Assembly (NCBI GenBank): GCA_964594665.1 | Contig: CAZQNY010000003.1 | Coordinates: 3,225-67,224, forward strand | DNA from: an uncultured Bacteroidales bacterium | GTDB taxonomy: Bacteria; Bacteroidota; Bacteroidia; Bacteroidales; BM520 | Direction of reading: 5' to 3' | DNA length: 64,000 bases | In this document: positions 37,863 through 47,900 of the stretch, in pieces | Numbering within the stretch: position 1 is the stretch's first letter | Layout: every line of letters starts with the position of its first letter | Program-made: the position numbers and the translations under genes | The notes under the pieces: generated by a model | The model's input: the letters and a program-made list of their open reading frames with translations, nothing else | The model's database searches: none | Told to the model about the DNA's origin: nothing

Positions 37863-38882
37863 ATGAAAAAAATTGTTTCCTTTCTGCTCTTCATCTCTTT
37901 CGCATTGTTATTTTCCTCTTGCGGTGAGGCCGGAAAAAATGCCGGTGATAAGATGCTGGAGAAACCGGGATCCTCGGGAGCTACCTATGAAATGTTGGTG
38001 GTTAGTGGCAACAAAGTATGGGAAAGTCGTATAGGAGTAGAAATACGCAACTATTTTAGTCAGTATGATTCCACCATTAATCAAACAGAGCCCCTCTATA
38101 CAACTCCGCACATTACAGAAGCTACATTTGATAAAAATTCCATGTTTCAGAATCATCGAAATGTGTTAATGGTTCGAATCGATCCTTCAAACGAACCCAA
38201 AGTGGAGAAAATTATCAATAAACACTCTCAACCTCAACGTATATTTCGTTTTACAGTCCGTAATGAGGATGAATTCATCCGCCTTTTTGATCAGTATAAA
38301 GCAACGATTTATGAGACTTATGTTGAGGCAGAGCGCATCAGGATAAACCGGTTTTTTAATCAGCAAAGAGATAATAAAATGGCCGGATTTCTGGACAATA
38401 AATTCGGAGTAAAGTTATCCATGCCCACGGGGTTTCATGTGGCAAAAGATGCCACGGATTTTGTTTGGCTTTGGCGAAAAACACCTAAGGTGGATTACGG
38501 TATTCTGGTTTATACTGAGCAATACAGAGACACCTCCCAGCTGGATCCCCGCGCCATTATTCAGCTGCGGGATATCCTTACCTTTGAACATATCCCGGGA
38601 GACCTTCCCGAGAGTTATATGCAGGTTGTAACAGATAAATTTCCGGTTGCCTCACGCCCGGTAGTTTTTAATGGAACCTATGCCACTGAAATTCGTGGTT
38701 TATGGGAAACAATAAAGGATTTTATGGGCGGCCCGTTTGTCCATTATGCTATTGTTGATGAAGATAATAACCGTATTATCCACCTTGATGGCTTTCTTTA
38801 TGCACCGGGGCAGGATAAACGCGATGAATTATTGCAACTTGAGGCTATTCTCTATACCCTGAAGATTTCACAACCTGAATAA
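37863..38882 (+). CDS. Lipoprotein of unknown function
   Basis: 339 aa. Lipobox LLFSSC. 21 nt downstream of the transglycosylase gene. Confidence 0.65.
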   Translation: MKKIVSFLLFISFALLFSSCGEAGKNAGDKMLEKPGSSGATYEMLVVSGNKVWESRIGVEIRNYFSQYDSTINQTEPLYTTPHITEATFDKNSMFQNHRNVLMVRIDPSNEPKVEKIINKHSQPQRIFRFTVRNEDEFIRLFDQYKATIYETYVEAERIRINRFFNQQRDNKMAGFLDNKFGVKLSMPTGFHVAKDATDFVWLWRKTPKVDYGILVYTEQYRDTSQLDPRAIIQLRDILTFEHIPGDLPESYMQVVTDKFPVASRPVVFNGTYATEIRGLWETIKDFMGGPFVHYAIVDEDNNRIIHLDGFLYAPGQDKRDELLQLEAILYTLKISQPE

Positions 38883-38940
38883 ACGTAGCATTTTTTCTTC
38901 TGCATTATCGTTTTTACTACTTTTACACCTAATATTTTAC

Positions 38941-38969
38941 AGCGATGAACAATTGTTGTTTTCATCGCT
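38941..38969 (+). other. Hairpin AGCGATGAA-N11-TTCATCGCT between the lipoprotein gene and the large T9SS cargo gene
   Basis: 9-bp perfect stem with no U-tract. Function is unclear; it could be a weak terminator or a processing site. Confidence 0.35.
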
Positions 38970-39048
38970 TAAAGTATGTTCAGACATCTATTAGTTGTTT
39001 GTAGTGTCTGTTGAAATGAGAAATACAGGTTTTTTTAACACAACTACT

Positions 39049-42000
39049 ATGAAATTTAAAAGTATTACGCTATTGCTTTTTGCTGCGATGCTGATTTCTG
39101 CAACCGGAATACAGGCACAAAGCAAAAAGAAAAAAATGTATCGTCCCGATCAGGAGGTACCGGCAAAGTATCAGGTCGACGATCGAATTGACAATATGAG
39201 TTACTGGCGTCGTTTGGCCTTTGAGGGTCTTGTGCCTGTAGCTCCTGACTATGCCCCACCACAAGCCATAAAACGTACCCCGCGGATTATGTCCAAAGGG
39301 ACTTCTTTTGACGACTCTGTGGACGTCCCCGTAACAGAGGATAACAGTACGCAGACAGAAAACTCTATTTTTATTAATCCCAATAATAATGCACATATCC
39401 TGCAATCAAACAACTCTACCCAAAATCCGGTAGGGTCGTTGTATGGTGCAAATTATTTTTATTCCCTCGACAATGGTATCTCCTGGGGCGGTTCTGTCGA
39501 AGGTGCCGGTGGAGGTAATAGTGGAGACCCCACTACAGCTATAAACCTTGATGGCCGCATGTTTGTCGGGTTTATTCATTCCAACGGTGGCCAGGGTATT
39601 TCCTACAGCGATGATAATGGCCAGACATGGACGCCGGTACTGGTGGCTAACTCTGCCGGTGGATGGGGCGACCTTCTGGATAAAAACCATATGTGGATCG
39701 ATAATAGCCCTTCAAGCCCTTACGAAGGGTATCTCTATAATGCATGGACTGACTTTGGCGGTTCCAATAATCTGGATATTGAAATTTCACGTTCCACAAC
39801 TGATGGCGAAACATGGGATTCGCCAATAAATATTTCTGATGCCGTTAGTGCCGGCAGCCACAATCAGGGTGTCAACATTCAAACCGGTCCCAATGGTGAA
39901 GTTTATGCTATCTGGACTATCTACGATGACTGGCCAAGCGATGAAACTGCCATTGGTATGGCTCGCTCTTTAGATGGCGGTGCCACATGGGATACTCCCC
40001 GCAGAGTGATTACCAATATCCGTGGTATCCGAAATACAGGTACTTCAAAGAATATGCGTGTGAATTCCTTCCCCGTAATGGCAGTAGATATTTCCAACGG
40101 CCCTGCAAGTGGTAATATTTATATCTGCTGGACCAATGTGGGCGTTCCCGGTATTAATGAGGGCCCCGATAAAGACGTTTATGTGGCCACCTCAACCGAT
40201 GGTGGTGAGACCTTTGGCACTCCTGTTCGTGTGAACCAGGATGAAGCAGGACTTGGGAAAGAACACTACCTCCCTTGGATTACCTGTGACCCTGTAACCG
40301 GTGACGTGGCTGTTGTTTTTTATGATGACAGAAATGTTAATTCCAATCAGGCAGAAGCTTTCTGTGCTGCTTCTGACGATGCCTGCCAGACCTGGGAAGA
40401 CTTCCGCGTTAGTGATGTGGCTTTTACGCCTACTCCTATTCCGGGCCTCGCCGATCAGTATATGGGTGACTATCTCGGTATCGCTGCCCGTGACAGAATG
40501 GTTTACCCCGTTTGGGCTGATAACCGTCTGGGTTATATGATGACCTTTATCTCTCCCTTCGAACTCGGGCCTCCACCGGATCAACCATGGATCGTGTATC
40601 AGAATGTTGAAGTTAATGATGTGAATACCAATAATAACGGTCAGCTCGATTATGAAGAAGCTGCTACCCTCCATGTTACTATGGCAAATATTGGTGATAC
40701 TCCGGGCTATAATGTTGATGTTACCCTTTCAACAGAAAATCCTTATGTTTCTATAACTGATGCTGAAGAGAATTTTGGCGATTTGAACCCCGAAGATATC
40801 AAAACTATCGATGATGCCTTTGCTGTTGCTGTTGCAGAAAATGCCCCAAACGGTGAAAAGGTGGATTTTATTCTCACTGCTGTGGATGCCAATGATACTA
40901 CCATTGTAAGTGGTTTCTCCCTGAATATCCTGGCTCCTGAGCTGATGGCAGGGAGTATGTCGGTTAATGATGCTGCAGGAAATGGAAACGGTCGTATTGA
41001 TGCCGGTGAAACAGTGGAAATAACTTTCGAAGTTTCTAACCCCGGAGCCTACGACCTGGATGGGGTGATGGCTTCTCTAATTTGCCCAACACAGTATATT
41101 ACCCTCAATACCGATGAAGCGGAAATAGGTATGCTTGCTGTTAATGAGCCGGTTTCAGTTTCTTTCTCTGTTACTGCTGAGCAAGGAACCCCAATGGGTA
41201 CTTCGGCAGAATTCATCCTCCATCTTGAAGGTGGTGCCTATGAGGCTGAAAAATCTTATATCCATGTTATTGGTCTGATTCTCGAAGACTGGGAGTCGGG
41301 TGATTTTGCCAATTTTGACTGGCAAATGAGTGGTAATGCAGGATGGTCACTGGTTGAGAATCAGGTTTATGAGGGCCTTTATGCTGCGAAATCAGATGAA
41401 ATTGACCATAATCAAACTGCTGTAATATATCTTGACTATGAGGTTGCCCGTGATGATAAAATCTCATTCTACTATAAAGTGAGTAGTGAGGCCGGTTATG
41501 ATTACCTTAAGTTTTATGTCGATGGTGATATGCTTGATCAGTGGGCTGGTGAAGTGGACTGGACCTATGCAGAATATCCTGTTACAGAAGGCTCTCATAC
41601 CTTCAAATGGGAATACTATAAAGATGGTTATGTCTCTGAAGGTGATGATTGTGCATGGATTGATTATATTGTACTTCCTTCTATGATTACAACCACCGCT
41701 TATGCAGGTGCTGATCTTGCAACATGTGAGCTTTCTCCTGTTGTTCTGGATGCTGCCAATGCTACACTTATTGAAGAGATCCTGTGGGAAACAACCGGTA
41801 CCGGGACGTTTGATGATGCTACTGCGGTGAATCCAACATATTCACCTTCTGAAGAGGATATGAATGCGGGTATGGTTACGCTTACAATGACGGTTACCGG
41901 CCCTTCTACAACGGCTTCTGATGAGGTTATTCTTTCAATAAGCAAGGCCCCGGTGGTTAATGTACCTGAAACAGGATCTGTCTGTTCCAACGACACTTAC

Positions 42001-42975
42001 ATGGTCGAAGGCGTTGAAGCTGAAAACTATGCTGAAGTTATGTGGAGCTCAGGGGGTGATGGTATGTTTGACGATGCCACACTGCTGATGCCTGTTTATA
42101 CTCCGGGCGCAATGGATATTGAAAATGGTCAGGCGATGCTTTCTGCAACCTTCGTTGCCAATGAAGGTTGTGAAGATGTGATGTTTGAACAGGTCCTTAC
42201 AGTATTTCCAGCTCCTGCAGCATTGATTTCCGGTAGTGGGGAAATATGTGCCGGTGACAGCCTGATGATTTCTGTTGAACTTACTGGTATGGCTCCATGG
42301 ACTATCATAACCAGCGATGACCAGAATTTTGTTGCTGAAACATCTCCCTGGTCGTCCTATTTTACTCCTGCTGAAACGATGACATATTCTGTTGAATCTG
42401 TTTCTGATGCCAATGGATGTACCAATTCCGGTGAAGGTGTTGCTGAAGTTATTGTTAACCCGGTTCCTGTGGTGAATCTTGGCGATGACTTTACCATGTG
42501 TCATAATCATGTTATCACACTCGATGCCGGCAGCGACGGCGATACCTACAATTGGACAACAGGTGAAACCACACAAACTATTGAGGTGGATTCTACAGGT
42601 ATCGGCTATCAGGGTGCCAAAACCATTTCTGTGGAGGTAACGAACTCCTTTGCTTGTGTTACATTAGATCAAATTGTTATTACGATTGAGGATTGTAGTG
42701 GTCTTGAAGACCTTGCAGAGGCTATTCAGCTTTCGCTGTATCCTAATCCGTCAAAAGGCATGGTGCTGATTTATTTCAATGCTCAAAAGCGTGATTTTTA
42801 TACCCTCGAGGTTCGTGATAACAGAAATGCTTTGATAAAGGTTGTTGAACTTGGCAGTGTACAGGGTGAATTCAGCCAAAAACTCGACCTCTCATCACTT
42901 GTTGATGGTGTTTATTTTCTGAACATCAAAACTACTGATGACAGCCATCTTTCGAAGATTATTATTCAACATTAG
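39049..42975 (+). CDS. Large secreted BNR/Asp-box (sialidase-fold-like) multidomain protein with a T9SS C-terminal sorting domain
   Basis: 1308 aa from the ATG at 39049. Signal peptide. At least five SxDxGxTW-type Asp-boxes: SLDNGISW, SDDNGQTW, STTDGETW, SLDGGATW and STDGGETF. Jelly-roll-like segment EDWESGDFANFDW...CAWIDYIVLP. Ig-like repeats. C-terminus LSLYPNPSKGMVLIYF...GVYFLNIKT. Confidence 0.8.
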   Translation: MKFKSITLLLFAAMLISATGIQAQSKKKKMYRPDQEVPAKYQVDDRIDNMSYWRRLAFEGLVPVAPDYAPPQAIKRTPRIMSKGTSFDDSVDVPVTEDNSTQTENSIFINPNNNAHILQSNNSTQNPVGSLYGANYFYSLDNGISWGGSVEGAGGGNSGDPTTAINLDGRMFVGFIHSNGGQGISYSDDNGQTWTPVLVANSAGGWGDLLDKNHMWIDNSPSSPYEGYLYNAWTDFGGSNNLDIEISRSTTDGETWDSPINISDAVSAGSHNQGVNIQTGPNGEVYAIWTIYDDWPSDETAIGMARSLDGGATWDTPRRVITNIRGIRNTGTSKNMRVNSFPVMAVDISNGPASGNIYICWTNVGVPGINEGPDKDVYVATSTDGGETFGTPVRVNQDEAGLGKEHYLPWITCDPVTGDVAVVFYDDRNVNSNQAEAFCAASDDACQTWEDFRVSDVAFTPTPIPGLADQYMGDYLGIAARDRMVYPVWADNRLGYMMTFISPFELGPPPDQPWIVYQNVEVNDVNTNNNGQLDYEEAATLHVTMANIGDTPGYNVDVTLSTENPYVSITDAEENFGDLNPEDIKTIDDAFAVAVAENAPNGEKVDFILTAVDANDTTIVSGFSLNILAPELMAGSMSVNDAAGNGNGRIDAGETVEITFEVSNPGAYDLDGVMASLICPTQYITLNTDEAEIGMLAVNEPVSVSFSVTAEQGTPMGTSAEFILHLEGGAYEAEKSYIHVIGLILEDWESGDFANFDWQMSGNAGWSLVENQVYEGLYAAKSDEIDHNQTAVIYLDYEVARDDKISFYYKVSSEAGYDYLKFYVDGDMLDQWAGEVDWTYAEYPVTEGSHTFKWEYYKDGYVSEGDDCAWIDYIVLPSMITTTAYAGADLATCELSPVVLDAANATLIEEILWETTGTGTFDDATAVNPTYSPSEEDMNAGMVTLTMTVTGPSTTASDEVILSISKAPVVNVPETGSVCSNDTYMVEGVEAENYAEVMWSSGGDGMFDDATLLMPVYTPGAMDIENGQAMLSATFVANEGCEDVMFEQVLTVFPAPAALISGSGEICAGDSLMISVELTGMAPWTIITSDDQNFVAETSPWSSYFTPAETMTYSVESVSDANGCTNSGEGVAEVIVNPVPVVNLGDDFTMCHNHVITLDAGSDGDTYNWTTGETTQTIEVDSTGIGYQGAKTISVEVTNSFACVTLDQIVITIEDCSGLEDLAEAIQLSLYPNPSKGMVLIYFNAQKRDFYTLEVRDNRNALIKVVELGSVQGEFSQKLDLSSLVDGVYFLNIKTTDDSHLSKIIIQH

Positions 42976-43036
42976 CAATGTTGATTGAATAGACACCCCA
43001 AGATTCTAAAACAGACTTTCCAGGTCTGATACATAA

Positions 43037-43071
43037 CCCCGGCACTACAGTATTGTAATGCCGGGGTTTTT
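43037..43071 (+). terminator. Intrinsic terminator between convergent genes
   Basis: CCCCGGCA-N14-TGCCGGGG followed by TTTTT. Confidence 0.8.
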
Positions 43072-43101
43072 ATATTCATGGGAATTCATGGTAACTCCCT
43101 G

Positions 43102-44229
43102 TCAGGCGGTTTTACGATATCGCCAGGTGCTCACCGAGAGCATTGTAAGGGCATAAACGGCCATTACTCCCAGCTCGTATCGAATATCTGAAAAGCCGCT
43201 TCCCTTGAGCATTACCATACGTATTACGCGCATAAAATATGCAAACGGATTAATGATATTGACCTTCTGAGCCCAATAAGGCATATTCTCAACAGGAGTA
43301 AAAATGCCACTCATAAGAATAAATGTAAGCATAAAGAAAAAGGTTACAAACATTACCTGCTGTTGGGTTGTGCTGATTGTACTTACAAAAATGCCTATCC
43401 CCATTACTGCAAGCAGATAGACAGCTGTAAAAGAAAACAGGACTATCAGCGATCCCTGTACCTGCACGTTAAATATCAGACATCCTATCACCAAGCCCAG
43501 CGCAAGCTCTATCATGGCAATGATCCAAAAAGGTATTACCTTTCCAATGATAAACTGATACCTGCGTATTGGTGTTACGTTGATCTGTTCAATGGTGCCG
43601 ATTTCTTTTTCTCTGACAATATTCAGTGCACTGAGAAACATCCCTATTACCGATACCAAAATTACCAGAATGCCCGGAAGCATATATATGGGATACCTTA
43701 ACTCAGGGTTGTACCAATGACTATACGTAATGCGGATTTTTTTTAACCCTGACATCTGGGCGAGCTCCTGAGGTGTTGCCACCTGTGGAATGATGGTTTT
43801 GTTATAGGCCATAATAATGTTGTTGGTATAACTGTTTATTAAGCCCGCCGCAACGCCATTAATTGCGTTTATCTGCAGCTGTAATGTGGCCTTTTTACTT
43901 CTTAGCAAATCCTGTTCAAAGCCTTCAGGGATTACTATAACCAAATCACTGCCTCCAGTCATCAGCTGATCACATCCCACATCATCATCAAACGACGAAC
44001 CCTGAAGATCGTAGAATGAGGCCGCTTCAAAATGAGCACACAGATCACGGCTGGTAGTGCTGAGGTCTTTGTCCACAATAAAATATTTAATCTCTTTCAT
44101 TTCAAGCGTTGCAGCAGGAACCAAAATCAGCAGTTGTACCAATGGCATTACAATCAGTATGGGAAATAATACTGGATTGCGTCGTAGCTGGATAAACTCT
44201 TTTCGTATGATATAACCTATTGTTCGCAT
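43102..44229 (-). CDS. ABC-2-type transporter permease
   Basis: 375 aa. One N-terminal TM, a large extracytoplasmic loop, then 5 C-terminal TM helices. Last gene of the efflux operon. Confidence 0.85.
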   Translation of the reverse strand: MRTIGYIIRKEFIQLRRNPVLFPILIVMPLVQLLILVPAATLEMKEIKYFIVDKDLSTTSRDLCAHFEAASFYDLQGSSFDDDVGCDQLMTGGSDLVIVIPEGFEQDLLRSKKATLQLQINAINGVAAGLINSYTNNIIMAYNKTIIPQVATPQELAQMSGLKKIRITYSHWYNPELRYPIYMLPGILVILVSVIGMFLSALNIVREKEIGTIEQINVTPIRRYQFIIGKVIPFWIIAMIELALGLVIGCLIFNVQVQGSLIVLFSFTAVYLLAVMGIGIFVSTISTTQQQVMFVTFFFMLTFILMSGIFTPVENMPYWAQKVNIINPFAYFMRVIRMVMLKGSGFSDIRYELGVMAVYALTMLSVSTWRYRKTA

Positions 44230-44234
44230 AGTGC

Positions 44235-45341
44235 TTATTGTAATCTGATTTTAAATTTTTTAATACTGATAGTAAATAATACAATGGTCATTATCAGTAA
44301 AATAAGCGTCTCTTTCCATACATATGCCAGCCCGGCGCCTTTGAGCATGATGTTTTTTATAATAAATAAGAACCATCTTGGAGGAATTATCAGGCTGAAA
44401 TACTGCAAAACCGGGGGCATGTTTTCAATGGGGAATATAAAACCCGAAAGGATAAGTGTTGGCAGCAGTAATCCAAACATGGAGGCAAACATTGCGACCA
44501 TCTGGTTGGGGGATATTATGGAAAAAAGGATTCCCAGTGCCAGTGCTAATGTTATGAAGAGGATGGTTTCAAATGCCAGCAACAAAATGCTGCCATGGAT
44601 CGGGAGCCCAAATATAAAGTATCCAAGAAGTACAATGGTTATAGCATTTATAAGTGCCAGCAGCATATACGGCATTACTTTACCAAGGATTATCTGATAC
44701 GGTTTTAAGGGAGATACCAGCAAAGCTTCCATTGTGCCCATCTCTTTCTCCCGGGTGATGCTTATGGATGTCATGATAGCACTGATAAGCATCAAAATAA
44801 GGGCAATTGTTCCGGGTACAAACAGATATACGCCCTTGAGCGATTCATTGAAAAACATTCTCGACTCTGCATTTATCACCACCGGTAGCGCATTGTTGCG
44901 ATTTAATGTGTTGACATATTGCATGATAATGGCAGAAGTGTAATTCACCAGCTGGCTGGCGGTATTTGCATCCGAAGCATCGGTAATGATTTGAATGGAT
45001 GCCTCCTGATTTTTGAGCAGGTTTTCCTGAAAATGATCTTCAAAAACCACCACCTGCCGGATATTTCCTTTTTTGAATGCCGCCTCTATCTGGTCTGTAT
45101 TATCCAGAAAACCATCGTTAATAAAAAAACCTGATGCAATAATTTTATCCGTGATTTCATGCGTAACCTCGTCGTGGGAAAGATCAAGAAAAGCTATACG
45201 CATATCCTTCAGCTCATTGGTGACCACAAAGCCAAAGATCAGTATTTGAGCCACCGGGATACCAAAAAGTATCAGCATGGTGCGGGTATCTCTGAAGATG
45301 TGCAGAAATTCTTTTTTTACAAAGGCCCAAAAACTATTCAT
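44235..45341 (-). CDS. ABC-2-type transporter permease
   Basis: 368 aa. Same topology as its downstream paralogue. Confidence 0.85.
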   Translation of the reverse strand: MNSFWAFVKKEFLHIFRDTRTMLILFGIPVAQILIFGFVVTNELKDMRIAFLDLSHDEVTHEITDKIIASGFFINDGFLDNTDQIEAAFKKGNIRQVVVFEDHFQENLLKNQEASIQIITDASDANTASQLVNYTSAIIMQYVNTLNRNNALPVVINAESRMFFNESLKGVYLFVPGTIALILMLISAIMTSISITREKEMGTMEALLVSPLKPYQIILGKVMPYMLLALINAITIVLLGYFIFGLPIHGSILLLAFETILFITLALALGILFSIISPNQMVAMFASMFGLLLPTLILSGFIFPIENMPPVLQYFSLIIPPRWFLFIIKNIMLKGAGLAYVWKETLILLIMTIVLFTISIKKFKIRLQ

Positions 45342-45371
45342 ATCTTTATTATTGTATTTATTATCAATAAA

Positions 45372-46097
45372 TTATCTCGCCAGTGTCAGAAATACTTCCT
45401 CCATATTCGCGGCTTTATATTTTTGTTTTAATTGGGAAGGCGTATCCAGAGCCACAATTTTACCATCAACCATAATGCTTACTCTGTCGCAGTATTCAGC
45501 TTCATCCATATAGTGTGTTGTAACAAAAACCGTATAACCATTTCCTGCCGCCTGATAGATCATCTCCCAAAACTGCCTTCGTGTTAGTGGATCCACTCCT
45601 CCGGTGGGTTCATCAAGAAAAATGATCGATGGCTCGTGCAACATCGCAAGGGAAAAGGCCAGTTTTTGTTTCCACCCCAGTGGCAGGTCGCGGATAATCT
45701 TTTTCCTTATATCCCAAATGCCCAGCCCTGAAAGCATTTTTTTTGCCCTTACGTGTATTTCACGGTGTGGAATGCCATATATTCCACCATAGAAAACAAT
45801 ATTTTCCAGAATCGACAGATCCTCATATAACGAAAACCGCTGACTCATATATCCAATACGTTTTTTAATCTTCTCTGTTTCCCGGTATACATCACAACCG
45901 GCAACCATTGCTTCACCCTCTGATGGAGATGAAAGCCCGCAGAGAATCTTCATTGTGGTGGTTTTTCCTGCTCCGTTTGCACCCAGAAAACCAAAGATCT
46001 CTCCCCGATAAACCTTAAAAGTCAGGTTATCATTGGCGGTAAAATTTCCAAAGCGTTTATAGAGTCCATTGACTTCAATGACCGGTGTTTTGTTCAT
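45372..46097 (-). CDS. ABC transporter ATP-binding protein
   Basis: 241 aa. Walker A GANGAGKTTT. Walker B IIFLDEPTGGVD. Degenerate signature LPLGWKQKL. Confidence 0.9.
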   Translation of the reverse strand: MNKTPVIEVNGLYKRFGNFTANDNLTFKVYRGEIFGFLGANGAGKTTTMKILCGLSSPSEGEAMVAGCDVYRETEKIKKRIGYMSQRFSLYEDLSILENIVFYGGIYGIPHREIHVRAKKMLSGLGIWDIRKKIIRDLPLGWKQKLAFSLAMLHEPSIIFLDEPTGGVDPLTRRQFWEMIYQAAGNGYTVFVTTHYMDEAEYCDRVSIMVDGKIVALDTPSQLKQKYKAANMEEVFLTLAR

Positions 46098-47010
46098 GGT
46101 TATTTTTCATTAACTGGATAAAACAATCTTCGATGGTGGGTGTGGCTTTTTCGTAGTTTATAGTAAGGCTGCTTTGCTGCAATGCGAAATCCTTCAAAAA
46201 TATTTCAATCGAATCGTCGCCAAAGAGGTGTAGCTCACTACCAAACCGATGTACATTACCGCTGCCCAGTTGTTGTGCCAGCAACATCACCAACTGCTGC
46301 GGATTTTGGGTCTTTATTTTAAAAACATTCCCGTAAAAATTATTGATAATTTGGTGTGGATTTCCGGAAGAAAAAATCTCACCCTGTTGGATAAACCCAA
46401 CCCTGTCGCACATCATAGCTTCATCCATATAGGGAGTTGAAACAAGAATGGCTAGTCCTTCGCTTTTTAATCTGTGCAGCATTTCCCAGAATTCTTTTCT
46501 TGAAACAGCGTCAACACCGGTGGTAGGTTCATCGAGAAACAGCACCTCCGGTTTATGTACTAATGCGCATGATAGTGCCAGTTTTTGTTTCATCCCACCA
46601 CTGAGTTTTCCGGCACGTCGTTTTTTAAATGGCTCTATCTGGCTGTAAATATCTTTAATAAGATGGTAGTTTTCCTTTACAGTGGTTTTAAAAACCGAAG
46701 CAAAGAAGTTGAGGTTTTCCTCAACGGTAAGATCCTGGTATAGAGAGAATCTTCCGGGCATATATCCTACTTTTTTACGCACTTCACGGTAGTCCTTTAC
46801 GCAGTTGTATCCTGCTACCATTGCAGTGCCGCTGTCGGGCAGCAGCAATGTTGTAAGAATTCTGAAAAGCGTTGATTTTCCGGCTCCATCCGGACCAATG
46901 AGTCCGTAAATTTCACCTTTTCCAACATTAAGGGAGACCTTATTCAGCGCCTGCGTTGAGCCATACGCTCTGGAAATGCTGTCGACTACTATGCCGTTGT
47001 CGCTGATCAT
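46075..47010 (-). CDS. ABC transporter ATP-binding protein
   Basis: 311 aa. Walker A GPDGAGKSTL. Signature LSGGMKQKL. Walker B VLFLDEPTTGVD. Overlaps the next gene by 23 nt. Confidence 0.9.
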   Translation of the reverse strand: MISDNGIVVDSISRAYGSTQALNKVSLNVGKGEIYGLIGPDGAGKSTLFRILTTLLLPDSGTAMVAGYNCVKDYREVRKKVGYMPGRFSLYQDLTVEENLNFFASVFKTTVKENYHLIKDIYSQIEPFKKRRAGKLSGGMKQKLALSCALVHKPEVLFLDEPTTGVDAVSRKEFWEMLHRLKSEGLAILVSTPYMDEAMMCDRVGFIQQGEIFSSGNPHQIINNFYGNVFKIKTQNPQQLVMLLAQQLGSGNVHRFGSELHLFGDDSIEIFLKDFALQQSSLTINYEKATPTIEDCFIQLMKNNHEQNTGH

Positions 47011-47888
47011 TTGAAATTCACCTCTCCCGGCATACCTATTTTAAGCGTACCGTCGTTTTTAACTTTTACTTCAACAGCATAAACAAGTTTTACCCTTTCT
47101 TCGCGTGTTTGAATAATTTTGGGCGTAAACTCTGCATTTTCTGCTATTTTAACCACTGTGCCTTCCATGGTCTTTAGTTTTCCTTTCGTTCCATCTATCA
47201 GTACTTCTGCCTTTTGGCCTGGTTTGATATTCTGCAGTTGCTCGCCACTTACAAATACTTTCAGGTTGAGGTTTTTCATATCGGCAATGGCATAGAGGGG
47301 TTTTCCGAACGTTGCAGTTTCTCCATTATACATCAGCTTGGTAAGCACTGTACCTTTAACAGGATTATAAACCATGCAGTTTTTTAGGGCTTCTTTCGCA
47401 CGGTCGATTTGAATGTTAAGGTTATCAATTTCTGCCAATACAGTGTTTTTCCGGGTCTGTGTTGCCTGAATTTGTTTTTCTGTCAGTGCAATGGCACCCT
47501 GAAGGTCGTCAAGCTGTTTTTGTGTTGCAGCGCCGCCTTTTATCAGGTTTCTAACTCTTGCGAGATCAGTCAGCAGATTATCCTTTTGCTGCTGCTGTAC
47601 TTGTTCCTGCGCGTCAATCTGATTTATACGTGTTGCTGTAGCTTTAACAGTTTGTTGCAGCTGAAGAACTTGTAGTTGGTAGTCGGTGGTGTCCACAATA
47701 GCCATTAAATGATCCTGATCCACTACAGCCCCTTCCTCGATGGCGTTATATATAAGTTGCCCGTTGGCCTGCGCGCTGACCATGACTTTATCAGCACGAA
47801 AGGTTCCGTAGGCATCTGAGCGGTCCTCGTTGTGCTGACATGCCGTGAGCATCACAATTACGGCGATTAAAATTCCGGTTTTTTTCAT
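47007..47888 (-). CDS. HlyD-family membrane-fusion (periplasmic adaptor) lipoprotein
   Basis: 293 aa. Lipobox MLTAC. Coiled-coil hairpin and a beta-barrel C-terminus. 4-nt overlap with the ABC gene. Confidence 0.85.
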   Translation of the reverse strand: MKKTGILIAVIVMLTACQHNEDRSDAYGTFRADKVMVSAQANGQLIYNAIEEGAVVDQDHLMAIVDTTDYQLQVLQLQQTVKATATRINQIDAQEQVQQQQKDNLLTDLARVRNLIKGGAATQKQLDDLQGAIALTEKQIQATQTRKNTVLAEIDNLNIQIDRAKEALKNCMVYNPVKGTVLTKLMYNGETATFGKPLYAIADMKNLNLKVFVSGEQLQNIKPGQKAEVLIDGTKGKLKTMEGTVVKIAENAEFTPKIIQTREERVKLVYAVEVKVKNDGTLKIGMPGEVNFK

Positions 47889-47900
47889 GGTTATAAAGGT

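Noticed and set aside
40192-42576. 160-aa and 175-aa minus-strand ORFs (40192-40674, 42049-42576) inside the large T9SS cargo gene
   Set aside because: These are antisense shadow ORFs. The plus-strand frame carries Asp-box repeats and a T9SS sorting domain.
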